Of a DNA stretch of 64,000 nucleotides, positions 1-12,149 are shown piece by piece (position 1 is the first letter of the stretch; each line of letters begins with the position of its first letter). Both the position numbers and the translations under genes were made by a program. The DNA is from Dicyema japonicum (taxonomy: Eukaryota > Animalia > Dicyemida), in assembly GCA_011109175.1 (NCBI GenBank), contig RDEW01000005.1, forward strand, positions 1,973,267 through 2,037,266. The letters are read 5' to 3'. The notes beneath the pieces are model-generated. The model saw only the letters and a program-made list of their open reading frames with translations. It was not told where the DNA came from and ran no database searches.

Positions 1-192
1 TACATTTTCGCACCTGTCGCGATTGAAACTTCGGGGAACTTTGGCCCTAAAACGCTGAAGTTCCTGAACCATTTGGGAAAACTACTAACTGACAAAACTG
101 GTGATCTTCGTGAGACGAGATGGCTCAAGGAGAGGCTCTCGTTGGCTGTTGTCCGTGGGAATAGCTTGTGCATCTCCCAACAGCTGAATTAA
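1..192 (+). mobile_element. 3' end of CRE-like non-LTR retrotransposon (RLE domain C-terminus)
   Basis: Frame 1 reads YIFAPVAIETSGNFGPKTLKFLNHLGKLLTDKTGDLRETRWLKERLSLAVVRGNS...*, the typical CRE-clade RLE tail, followed by an AT-rich tail. Confidence 0.8.
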
Positions 193-1413
193 AATTAACT
201 ATTCTTTTTCCTTTTTCCTTATAATAATAAAAATTCAATTGAAAGTAGAAATTCCAGGGACTGAGCCCTGTCAGTCAGGACAGAAAATAATCCATGACTG
301 GATATCCACTAAAGCTATCAGAAGCCTTGGTATCAATAAGCTTCTGGGACGTATTCCACCTATTGTCGTCGGAAGTGAAGCTTACCTTTTACGGGAAGTT
401 CGCGTCCACTTGGCGCGCCTACATATGGTCATCACTTAAATTTACATTAATATCTGTCAGGATTGGACAATCGTTTTCTCCACTATGCCTATCGTGCTTT
501 TAGAAGACTCTTCACCTATTTTCTTGTCTGGGTACAGCAACTAGTTCGTTACAGAACCAAATGTACCTGTCGGATCTCTGGGAGTGTCCGCTCTTGGTTG
601 CAACGTTTTTGTTAGCCATCGGTTTCTTTCACTTGAAGAAACCGGGGGTAAATAAATAAAGCAGAAATTGATTATAGACTAGTAATCAATAGAAAACTGA
701 ATTATATTAATAAATACAAAAAATTAATTAAGTCTTAAGTTTTAATGAGCATTTTTCAATCCCGAAACTAAAAAAACTAAATTATTTCCCACTCATGCCG
801 ATCCAATTGGTCATCGAGTATTCCATTGGAACATTTGTCCCTTATTAATTTCTCATTGATTCGATCATATTGCTTCATATAATAGTTTAAGATTATTCAG
901 AATGGGGATTAAATACTGAAATAAGACAAAAATTGAACGAATCCCGAAAGTCACTTCATGCCAAGAGAAAGATACCCGGGATACAAATCATTAAATTCTC
1001 TTAAAAATGAGCGATGGAGTGGTTTCTGCAAACTAAATACTTTTGAAGTACAAAAGTCTCTGATTCTAATGAAAGATCCCTTATTTAGCAAATTAAACCT
1101 TCCACCAAATTATCCTAAACATCCAGTTCTTTAAGTCAAGGAGCTTTGATAGATCACAACATAACATTTTTTTATTAAAAACCAAAACATAAAAATAGTT
1201 ATGGGGGATTACGTTAGCAATAATCCTTCCATGAGGCCTGAGTTCTTTCGCAGTTTTACTCCTCTTTAGCTTCACAGTATCTTCTGAATGAACGTGTCAT
1301 CCACTCTGGTCCTGAGAAAACCCTCAATCTCAAGATACCTGATGGAAAAAAGAAAGACATCGTTCGAAAAGGTACCCAAGCTAACATTAAGGATACTTTA
1401 AGTTAAAATAAGG

Positions 1414-2451
1414 TTAATTTTTAAGAATAGAATTGATTTTAAAGTTAGCTTCAAGCAGAAATTCTTCGTCTCCACGATCCTCTGCTAATTTCTTAGCCTT
1501 ACTAAGCCACTTGCGGGCCTCGGTGCTTTTGCCAGTTTTAGACAGCAAAACAGCCCAATTATAGTAGAGACGATGCACATAAATGTAATCAACTTCTTCG
1601 GCAGCTTTCATAGCCTCCGTGAGGAGTTTTTCAGCATGATCATACTGCCCTGTTAGAACAGAGATTGTACTCAAATCACTCAGTAAGGTACAAACCTAAC
1701 AATTCAGTCACCAAACCCAACCTGAGGATGATTACTCTCAAAAAGTTCACGTGCTACAACATAGGCACGGTCGTAAAATTCGTAGGCCTTCGAGAGGTTT
1801 CCGTGATTCACATAAAACTGAGCATAGTCATATAAAGTCATCCCCAGAAGAGCGAGACTGTCTTCGTCATTTTGGCCATCCTCCACTTTATTATTTTGGG
1901 TGGTTAGACAAAACTCCAACCCTTTCTCGCAAAGACCGAACCTTAATTTCAAATTATACTACTTATTGTGATCGTAATATACACGTGCAAGCAACAGAGA
2001 CAGCTCGACAATCGCGTTGTCAGTGGTCCCCAGTCCCACCAAAAGGCACAGCCGGATGCAGTCCAGTATGAGTCGCTCAGCTTCTGGGAGACGTTTATTG
2101 ATCAGATAGAGTTGTGCTAGAGAGTAGTAAACATGTCTAAGGATTATTTGTGAAATACATCAAGGCAATGTTTTGAGTCCTAATCTCTTGATCTTGAAGT
2201 TCATTCTGCGGTTTTATGAAATTAAAAGCATAGTGGTAGGCGGATTCTGCCTCATCGAACATAGAATTGATTGTATAATAATGGCCAAGCTGAACGGCCG
2301 TTGTTATGTCGGGGATTTCGATTTTCGGCTTAAAAAAACCAAACAATCCGAGAGAAATCAAAAGATGAGACTTGGAAACGCTCACTTGTTTAACAGAATA
2401 ATTCCATAGCGGAAATTTAAAACTTGAAAAGAGACGATGAAATAATTTCAT
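1414..2451 (-). CDS. TTC19: Tetratricopeptide repeat protein 19 homolog (mitochondrial complex III assembly factor)
   Basis: ATG at 2451. GT-AG introns 2137-2158 (22 nt), 1942-1962 (21 nt) and 1696-1721 (26 nt) join one ORF. Motifs DNAIVELSLLLARVY, LALLGMTLYDYAQF and HPQVCTLLSDLST match TTC19. N-terminus resembles a mitochondrial targeting peptide. Confidence 0.8.
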
Positions 2452-4099
2452 TAAATAATATAAGGACAGGTTAATACATCACATTGATATTATGAAATAA
2501 TTTAAACATTAATCCAATATTTCATAAATTTTAAATATTAAATAATAGGTTGACCGATCTATAGGATAGTCCCGTATTTGCCGCGTTAATAGTCACTGGC
2601 TTCATACAAGTTAGTGGGGCTGAAGTAACATAACTGAGTTCGTCCTTTTCTCAGAGATCCTTCTCGCTTTATAAAGAGAGTTACCGATGATACACTTACC
2701 ATTTTCCCTCATAATTCAGAGTAATCGATATGACTTTATTAAACTATTTAGATAAGACCTCCTGATATCAACACTGAAAAAATCAATACCCCCAAAGACC
2801 GTCCGATTGTAACTTGGCCTTCTACGATTTGGACATCACCCATTTAGTGGAAGACTAGTTTGAGATCTCTTTGTTTCATTTAGTCTACAAAGACTCAACA
2901 TAAACAAGGGCAATTTCTTTTAGCGTAAACATTTTGCGGGGTANACACTGAAAAAATCAATACCCCCAAAGACCGTCCGATTGTAACTTGGCCTTCTACG
3001 ATTTGGACATCACCCATCTAGTGGAAGACTAGTTTGAGATCTCTTTGTTTCATTTAGTCTACAAAGACTCAACATAAACAAGGGCAATTTCTTTTAGCGC
3101 AAACTTTTTGCGGGGTAACCTTAGTAGACAGTGATATAATGTACAAAATTTTGTTTTTTTTTATTTGTATAATAGATTGATTTTGATGAACACATTAATC
3201 GCCAATTCATCGAATACAACATGAGGAGCAAATATGTAAGATATTGGAAGTGACTAGATTTTCCAGATGTTGAGCTTAAGCGTGGAAAAACCTCCACTGT
3301 TATGCTTTGATGATGGATGTGTAGACTGGAATCACTATAGAATGTTAGTAGTTAATGATATATGCCGCCAAATAAACTAGCAAAAGCCAGGACTTTGATC
3401 AAAACTAAATGGATAGTGACCCGAATAACGAATTATCTTAGAACCGTTATTTAACGTTTATATTCAAGAGAGAACTCCATCGAGATCTCAAACCACATAA
3501 AACAAAAATCTCATAATGTCCATAACAACGGGACTTGTGAGTCTGGCAAATCTTCAGTCAAACTCTGATGGAGATTCCTATGTGGAAATTATCGTCGTCG
3601 ATGTGGCTCCCGACGCTTCCGATCGGGAGGGTATTGATGGACAATGATCCAAGCGTCACTCCATTCTCATCTTCCAGTGAACAGACAGCTGGTTTTATTG
3701 ATTCAGTAGCCTCTCATATTTATCTTCGCAAATGGATCTGTAAAGGTCTCTCCTTATATGCGTCAATTCTACTAGTATATTCTCATTTCATTTACTTTGA
3801 CTAGAAACATCATTATTAATTCACTTTCGCTTAACCTCGGATACACCGAGAAAGTTAGCAGTAAGCAACTAATTACGTGTATCCAGTTCCCACTGTTACA
3901 TAAACAGAGTCTTTCAAAGTCACATCGAAACTGACATAAAAAGTAAAAGATTTCCATTCCTTGCAGTTGTGAAAACCCCTCCAGAGGATGAATGCATTCC
4001 TTGTCTTCAAACCCATATTGCGTAAATTTTTTGTTTGTTGACAAATTTCTTTAGAACTTCCTTCGATTCAGATCGTAACACAAACTATCCTCACTTTAC

Positions 4100-4710
4100 T
4101 CTTCCTTAGCTAAGTAACGTCAGTCTCACTAACTTGTAGGAGACCAGCGGCTATTAAGCAGGACTGAACAGATGCCTCTACGTACTCCTTCCTTGAAATA
4201 TTTTTGCGTCTGAATCCTGATAAGCTCTTGTGATAGTTTCCAATTCTTGTTAACTCTCTTTTTTATTTTTCTAATATCCATAGGAACACAGGAGATGCAT
4301 AACTTTTTGTCTCTTCTGTGGAAAGAGGGAGAGCTTGTATGGAGTAGAAATTAACAAGTTCCAATTGACTTGAAAATTTAGATATTTTCTTCTCAATGGT
4401 TTCAGTCAAGTTACTCGGGGTCCTCCTTTTAAATGGTAAGGATACATATCCACATTAAGCTCCATAAACATGTCAGTTATCTCATCAATGCTTCCATGAG
4501 GATTTTTACAATATGGTATATTGCAGAATTCAAGTAACCTCTTCGGTATTTTAGGAGTGGGTTTCCGAGAATTCTCAGTCACAGCCTTTAATTTCATTTT
4601 TTCAGAGTTGATCGCGGTCGAACAATTTGAACAAATAAGTTCCTCGTCTAACTTGACTACAAAATCTGAATATTTCGGGGCAACGGTGTGCTTATTACAA
4701 GAGACGAAAT
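4100..4710 (-). mobile_element. Degraded 3' remnant of a LINE-like element
   Basis: Ends in the ~50-bp motif ctcactaacttgtaggagaccagcggctattaag also found at the LINE 3' end at ~26165-26225 and at ~12060-12110; Cys-containing broken ORF upstream. Confidence 0.35.
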
Positions 4711-4715
4711 GAAGA

Positions 4716-6030
4716 ACACTCGACCCTCGCAAATTGGCCATTTTTGGTTCCTTAGAATTTTGTGGCCAGTTTGAGAAATGACCAATTTGAAAAAAGTAAA
4801 TCAATAATTTTGAAAAACAATGAGCAAATAATTGCCTTAAATGAACAAAAAAAACTGTATTTAAGTTTTATTAAAATAAAATGTAATTCCTAATTGTTTT
4901 TTCTTTCCTTCAATAATACTTGTTTTGTACTTTCTTATTAAAGAAATTAGAAAAACTTGATCTCGACATTGACTAAGAGTTCTCTCTATTGCAGTTAATC
5001 TAACTGCAAAATCCATTTTGTCTGATGCCTTGCTTTTTCAGATTCTTGTTCACTATTTTCTGAATCTTCTTGATTTTCAATAAATGTTTCATTTTCCGTG
5101 TATTCAACATTTAAAAAATCCTCAACTTTGAGGAGATCGAAGTTGTCTGTTCTTCTGATTATTGTATCATTAATATCAATTTCGAGAATTTCGTTATTGG
5201 AGTTATTAAAAACTTTGAAACAATTCCTGATCGTCTCTTCGGATACGTCTTTCCCAACCATTTTTGTAAAAAACACCATATACCTTAAATTCAATTTCTT
5301 GTAAGAATTATAGACCAAATATCAAAATTAATCAACCAATCCATAAATATGGATCCAGTCATCCAATCTTTTTGTGAACTATAGTAGGAGACCGAGCATC
5401 TATAGTCATAATTTCGAGAACATCGAGGCATTTTTGGTCTTGAAATCATCACTGGTTTCAACTTGTGCGTTCCGCTCTTTAAAATTTTTGTAACTTTGAA
5501 ATCGGTTTCTGCAGATGCTTTTCTATGGAATGAGCATATAGTAAAACCCAGTTTCATCCATATTATAGATTTGGTTGGGTTTATATGCTTTTTGAAATTT
5601 CTTTAAATTCTTTAAGAAAGGATTCACTGTCGACAGATTCATCAGTTTGCATTTCCCCGTGTAACTTGCGCATTCCAAATCCGTGTCTCTTTTTGAATTT
5701 ATTCAAGAATCAATTAGAATTTTTGAAATTACTGAGTTGTAACTCAGTCAGGTGAATAATTTTTTGAATCTTTCAAAATAATGTCCTTTTTCGGTAAAAG
5801 ATTGTTTATTGTTTTTTAGATAATATCTTTGGGAACATGCTTAAAATCTATCAGCTCATCGCTGACACGAAATAACATCATTTTCTTTATAATTAACAAT
5901 TTGAGTTTTTTCATTAAAAGTAAGCCGAGTATAGCGTCCACGAGAGGAATTGGAAGACATGTGTTAATTAAATTTTTTAAAAATTGGGGCTAAATAGAAA
6001 ATTGGTCAATTTGCGAAGGTCGAGTGTACC
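4716..6030 (-). mobile_element. pogo/Tigger-like DNA transposon, degraded
   Basis: TIRs acactcgaccctcgcaaattggcca (4716-4740) and ttggtcaatttgcgaaggtcgagtgt (6002-6027). CENP-B HTH motif FKKRHGFGMRKLHGE and DDE_1 motif SGTHKLKPVMI...WMTGSIFMDWLINFD, with stops and frameshifts. Confidence 0.85.
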
Positions 6031-6212
6031 TATAGAAGCTGTAATCTACAATTACAATCATCTGACTCTAGATAATATGGGGTAAGCTTTGCGGTACAAA
6101 AAGATCCTCAACTAGGTCGATGGAGCGTCGAAGGACTTGTATCGTCTACCATCAGGGAGCAACATTATTAATACCTGAATGAGTGAATAATAAACACAAA
6201 TAATTTAAATAA

Positions 6213-7006
6213 TCAAATAACACCAGGGTCTTCCTCTATCATCCTCCTCTTCCAATCCTCAAAATCTTCTAACTTCTTGTCTTCTTCACGTTCAATTAAG
6301 ACATCATTATCTTCGTCAATTCTTCTTACAGAGTTGGTCTGAATCTCTGTAAGTCAAACATGAGTATTTAACCAGCTGAAAGAGCATCATTCAATTCTTG
6401 AAAGACAGACTTGAAGAATGAAAGCTTGCAGTTGGCGAGGGACGAGAAACGATCTCTTTGAACCTTCAACCTTGACTTCCTGCAGGCCAAATAAATCGAC
6501 CCAACCAAATAGGCTTTGTGATCAGCGATGAAATTCTTTGAGCTATTTTTCAGATTAATGAATCATAGAATAATAACCACGTGTACTTTGAGTATATTTT
6601 AGTAGCCAAAGGGATAACGTTTGTGCAGTCGAGAATTATGCAGAGTTCCTCGATGCTCTGCTCCTTTGGGGACGAGTAGAGACGAGTCTGAGTAATGGAA
6701 ACGAGGGAGTTGAGTTTGCTAACTTTCAGACCACAGGATGAGGCGAGGGAAACCAAAACTAAAATTTTGAATTACTGAGTTTGTTGTGATTTGAAGATCA
6801 CGTGCTGCGATCAGGAGAGCGCAAGCAATGCGGACGTTCGTTGCATTTCGACCATTTATGTGAGGGTTCCCCTTGATTTGCATGATTGAGAGAATTTCTT
6901 GGGTTTTTCTGCTTAAAATAAGAATGAACAACTTGAGGATTTTTGGTGCACTTAATACCCCCGCCTTTTGACATAGAGGTATTATCTCCGAGTATTCATC
7001 CCACAT
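6213..7006 (-). CDS. ORC6: Origin recognition complex subunit 6
   Basis: Motifs ACALLIAA, SSCGLK, GSIYLACRKSRLKV and the C-terminal DFEDWKRRMIEE (ORC6 DYEEWKRKIL). Introns 6912-6932 (21 nt), 6759-6775 (17 nt, needs +1 T to keep frame) and two more near 6545-6590 and 6340-6370. Confidence 0.75.
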
Positions 7007-7179
7007 TTAAAAGCCACACAAGAAATAAAACAGGCCGGGAAAAATCAAATATTAATATGATTAATTTTATTTTTATCAAACTAGATATTGTTCAATCTTG
7101 GTAATCTTAAATATTAACATTCCTGGACGAACAAACAAAAAATCAGCAACATTCAGCACTTTACAACCACTACTATTGG

Positions 7180-7440
7180 TAATCTCAACCCCAACAGTAC
7201 ACAGCCAGGACGTGTCTTATGAACTGCAACTCCCAACAGTACACTGCAAGGACGTGTCTTATGAGAAAGATATGCATCACCCCGCTCCTATTTCTATTCC
7301 CCAAATCATCCCGCCCACAGAGAAGTTGTATTGCATCTCAGAAGGCGCTTTAGGAAAGGATGAGAAATCTGATTGAGGCTGTCAAGATCACTAAATTAAT
7401 TTAAGTAATTAAATTAACTACTGGTGTTCTTGGGTTGATA
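7180..7440 (+). mobile_element. 3' terminal fragment of an I/Jockey-like LINE (family D)
   Basis: Near-identical to 15885-16160 (+) and to the reverse complement of 14340-14600; shared tail ending gtgttcttgggttaataataa-like. Confidence 0.7.
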
Positions 7441-8168
7441 AAAACTCTACTTCGGGACATGAAGGTGTTATCCATCTAACTCAAAAGACTTCCTGTGACT
7501 GTTCAGCATACAAAAATGATCCCTATCCTCCCTACTTCAGTAGAAAGATCTCCACAATGGGTGGTCGTGATGCTTGAAACGGATCTGTCTTATTCCGACC
7601 GGGAGAACTGGATAAAAATTGTTTCATGTATATCCTGAGTTATTAAAAAACTTAGGGGTACATAGGCTATGTAAAATCGGAAACCNTCAGTAGAAAGATC
7701 CCCACAATGGGTGGTCGTGATGTTTGAAACGGATCTGTTTCATTCCGACCGGGAGAACTGGATAAAGTTTGTTTTATGTATATCCTGAGTTATTAAAAAA
7801 CTTAGGGGTACATAGGCTATGTAAAATCGGAAACCACCCTGTCCTAAAAACTATAAACAAGCAATACATCAAGGCATGTACGCATATTTTTTTGTTGGTC
7901 CACCTATCTCATGGACAAATACCAGTAAGATTGAAGCTACCCAGAAAAGGGCGTTCAGTGTGAAGGAAGTATGAACTTCTGGAAAGAAATTTTCCTCAAA
8001 AACTTCTCTGGAATCCTTGATTAGTAAGAACTTAAAAATGTTCCTGTGTACCTACGATCATCTGGTACAACGTACAATAAATGCCTATATGGGTTCGAGG
8101 GAAATGAAATCACTACTGCAGTGTGTAGGTAAAGTGATTAGTTTGTTTTTATAGTGGTCGGCGGAATA

Positions 8169-9757
8169 CAGTGGGCAAAAAAGTCATGGCACCTTTGCAA
8201 ATTTTGACTAGATTTAATAATTCTCATCAAAAATATTATTAAATACTGTAGTTGAACAAAACTAGTGTTTAAAAAATGACTTATAAATATGGGATTTTTT
8301 AGATTAATTGTTGAGCATAGTGGTTAGGTGTTGGGCAAAGTGGCTTAGGTCACGGGTTTGATTCGCGCTGCTGTTCACCTGAGGGAAGGTTCACGCATCT
8401 ATGCTAAAAAGGGCTTGACGAGTGACGCCGTCATCAGTGGACATTCACTGCGGAACTGGATAGTCTAAAAAGACATACACCTAAGAAAAAGAAAACAAAG
8501 AAGTGAAGAGTATTCCTTGATCCTTCCTCGATTAGCTATTATAACTGTTCTTTGCTTAAAATAAAGTGTGTGTTCTGTAAGTGGGGAGAGCTAACTGATG
8601 TGCCTCCTCGGAAAGTGCGAATATTATTATTTTTTGTTGAAAAAATAAATATTAAATCGATTTATTTATAGTGCAATAAATAGCCATTTATTTTAGTCAA
8701 TTTATTGGAGGAAAAAAGTCATGGCACGAAATCCAATTAATATTTAGTTGCATTCCCTTTTGTTAGTGGGAGGCAAACTAAGCTTCTGCCATTCAGATGG
8801 AGTAATATTTTCCCATTCTTCATAGCAAATTATTTTCAATTCGTGAATATTTTTCGGTTTCCTAAACCAACTTTGACTTTTAAAATTTTCCATAAATGTT
8901 CGATTGGATTGAGGCCTGGCGATTGACTTGATCATTCCAAAACATTTATTTCGTTCAACCATTAATAGTCATTTTTTACTTGTGTTTTGGATCATTGTCA
9001 TGATGGAATGTCCAGTGATGTGTCAAATTTATTTAGTGACCGAAGGTAACAGACATTTCTCTATGATTTCGCAATATTTGAGCCAATTCATTATTCCATC
9101 AATTACAGATAGTTCACCGACTCCTGTAGATGAAAAACAGCCCCACAGCATGATACTACTTCCCACATTCTTTTTGGTAGGCATGTTGCATTTTGGTTAT
9201 ACGCCAGATTGGATTTACGCCAAATTGATGGCGTGTAGTTCAGTCCGAAAAGTTGTATTTTTGATTCGTCCGACCATAAAATATTATTTATAAATTCATT
9301 TTTTACTTAAAAAATATTTGGCAGAAATGTGTATTTTCTTTAGTAACGGAACACGACGGGGCCTTCGTTTATTGATACCTTCACTGCGTAGTGTAAAAGT
9401 AATTGTACGAAGGGACACTAATATTCCTGTAATATCCAAATCATCAGCAAATTCTTTTTGAGTAATTCTTGGTTTTTTACAAACTATTCTTTTCATTAAT
9501 GAGCAAGAACGTTGAGATATTTTACTCGGAGCACCTGATCTTGGTCGATTAGTAACAGTTCCGTGTTGTTTCAACCGGGTAATGATATTCCGGACACTAC
9601 TTTTTGGCAATGTCAACAATTTAGAAATCTTTCTATAACTTTTACCTTTTTGGTGGGCCGTTGTAACTCGTTTTTTTTGTCCAACAAAAAAGTTATCATT
9701 ATAAAACATGTAAAATTAAAAAAATGATAGGTGTGTCATGACTTACTTGCCACACTG
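8169..9757 (-). mobile_element. Tc1-family DNA transposon, degraded transposase, with nested SINE
   Basis: TIRs cagtgggcaaaaaagtcatggcac (8169, preceded by TA) and gtgtcatgacttacttgccacactg (ends 9757), plus an inner repeat at ~8712. Transposase has paired-like HTH (GKSYRKISKLL, RPRSGAP) and LWSDESK with frameshifts. Confidence 0.9.
8313..8578 (+). mobile_element. tRNA-derived SINE (family A), copy inside Tc1 end
   Basis: A-box-like gcatagtggttagg, B-box-like ggtttgattc, conserved core tgacgagtgacgccgtcatcagtg and tail taaagtgtgtg; five further copies in the window. Confidence 0.8.
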
Positions 9758-10008
9758 ATTCATTTTTTCAATTCTAATACATCACGCTTCGTTGTTATGA
9801 GACAACGCTACAAAGTATGGCACAAACAATTTTGTGGTAACTATCCACTGTCAGTTCACAACGACTTAATATAAAATTAAATGAAAAATTTAAAAGTTAG
9901 AATTTGTCTATTGATCACTTATATTCAATAATAATTATTATATTTAATTGATTTTTTTAATTAATATAATAATTTGTAATAAATAAATATATTAATTAAC
10001 GTGTTGAT

Positions 10009-10945
10009 ATGGTTGGCACTTTTATACTTAATATTCCTAAAGGGTGTTAAAGGAATAAAGAGACATTTGAAACGAGTCAATGCTCCGAAAAAGTGGATGC
10101 TCAGTAAATTGGGCGGAGTGTTTGCCCCAAAGCCAAGATCAGGTCCTCACAAACAGCGAGAGTGTATTCCCATGGCACTGGTACTTCGTGAATACTTCAA
10201 ATTTGCCCTCAACTACCAGGAGACAAAGAAAATAGCCAAAAGAAGGGTTGTAATGGTCGACAAGAAAATCAGAACAGATCATCGCTTTCCGATCGGACTT
10301 ATGGGTAAGCTTAGTTCTCTATGGCAGATGTCATCTCCCTGTCCAAGGTGAACAAGCACTACAGGATGCTCTACGATGCCAAGGGAAGATTCAAACCGAC
10401 TCCAATAGGAGAAGCTGAGGCTGAGGTATACAAAGATTCTTATCTCTCCAGGTGAAGCTCTGCAAGGTTAAGAAAACGATAATTGGACCTCAAAAGATCC
10501 CATATCTGTACACCTATGACGGTCGGACAATCCGTTTTCCAAATCCCGCAGTAAAGGCTAACGACACTATTATGTTTCATTTGGCCACTGGGGAAATTAG
10601 GGACCACATAAGCATGGACAAAGGTTGGAGTTATTCCTCATTTTTAGGGAATCTGTGCATCATAACCGGGGGACGTAACCTTGGTAGAGTTGGGGTGGTC
10701 AACAAGATTGAGAGACACCCTGGTGTGTATGACATTGTGTACGTGGAAGATCAGGCTCATAACAAATTTTGTACCCGGTTGGGTGCTTGAATGAGTTTAG
10801 GATGCAAAATATATTTATTATTGGACGAGGGAATACTCCGTGGATTTCGTTGGCCAATGATAAGGGCATTAAACTATCTACCATGGCTGACAGAGAGCTT
10901 AGGCTGAAGCAAAATGCCAAAGCTAAAGGAACTGTTATGGCTTAA
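10009..10945 (+). CDS. RPS4: 40S ribosomal protein S4 (eS4)
   Basis: ATG followed directly by an intron. Introns 10012-10041, 10305-10327, 10426-10451, 10624-10647 and 10778-10800 (23-30 nt) give a continuous ORF with KRHLKRVNAPKKWML, GPHKQREC, GGRNLGRVG and PWISL. Confidence 0.97.
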
Positions 10946-12149
10946 ATAGTATGACTTGTTTTCTCATCATTGATACGTCCTTTTTTGTTAATAGTGTGCT
11001 TTTAGAGGCCTGTTAGGTTGATTTATCAGTCATTAGTGTTATGACACGACCTCAACCATGTTTATATGGTTGTGTCTCGGCGCTTTGGCTGTAAATTTTC
11101 CAATTGTCGTCTTTACTTCCTCAGAATATTTAATTAAATTGACCGAATCCTTCTGCCTGTCGTCAGGAGTTAGGTTTAGTGGATTGACACATTCTGTATA
11201 TATTCTAAGTGCCGTTTGAAAACAAAGGGAATATCATCTTTCGTGTAGAAACCGTCATCCAGTTTGTTCAGAATTATTCTCTTGCATCTCTCCTAGGATA
11301 TACGAGCTTTTTATGTCTTCCAGAAAGATGGATTCTTAATGTCAATATTTAGGCTTATCCCTTCCATTTTCGTTCCAAATCACCTTCCATATCTTATCAA
11401 TACCTTTCTTAACCAAAAAATCTTTTCGGATATAGTCTCTATCTATTCTGCCGATACATCACCTATTCAAATTAGCTCTTAGGTGGTTCCTCAACGTATT
11501 GAATTCATAACTATTGGCGCTACATAATTATGAGCTCTTTATGAATATTCCCTTTCCATAAAGTCTTAGATACGTCTGCATGAGGTATTTTCCTGCTAGC
11601 AATATTTATTTTCTCCCGAATTGAAAAATCTTTGGTCCAACCACACAAACTCCCGGTAATAGTTCCAGTCAATACCAGATTTCGATATAATTTATACTTC
11701 ACTTCATCAAAGTGAATTTTCGACCTCTTCTAAGTCTGGGAACCAATCCAAAACCTTGATATAATCCCCGAAATGTATAAGTTCATTGATAATAGAATTT
11801 TATATTTTCAGGAATCACTCTCGCGTGCTTCAAAATCTCTGTCCAATGTCCAAAATATTTACATTTGTTGAAAAATTAATTTAGTTTGATGTCACTAAAC
11901 TGTTTCAAAGCCGGATTCAAAGATAAATTGTTGGTCGCGGACGGGTTAAAAAATTCATAAAACATTTATTATTTTATTTAAAAAAGCAAAAATTGATTTT
12001 TTTCAAATTATTAGTTTAGTAACCCCAGATTATTTGTTTGGTGTCTAATGGTTAAGTTGTCTAAGTCTCACTAACTTGAGACCAACGGCTAGTAAGTAAG
12101 ACACTAATGCTTGCTATGGACATCATACCATTTCATGTCGAAGAACCGC

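Noticed and set aside
10001-10351. ORF-track N-terminal hydrophobic extension on RPS4 (MLIWLALLYLIFLK)
   Set aside because: Read-through of the 30-nt stop-free first intron; the true start is ATG 10009
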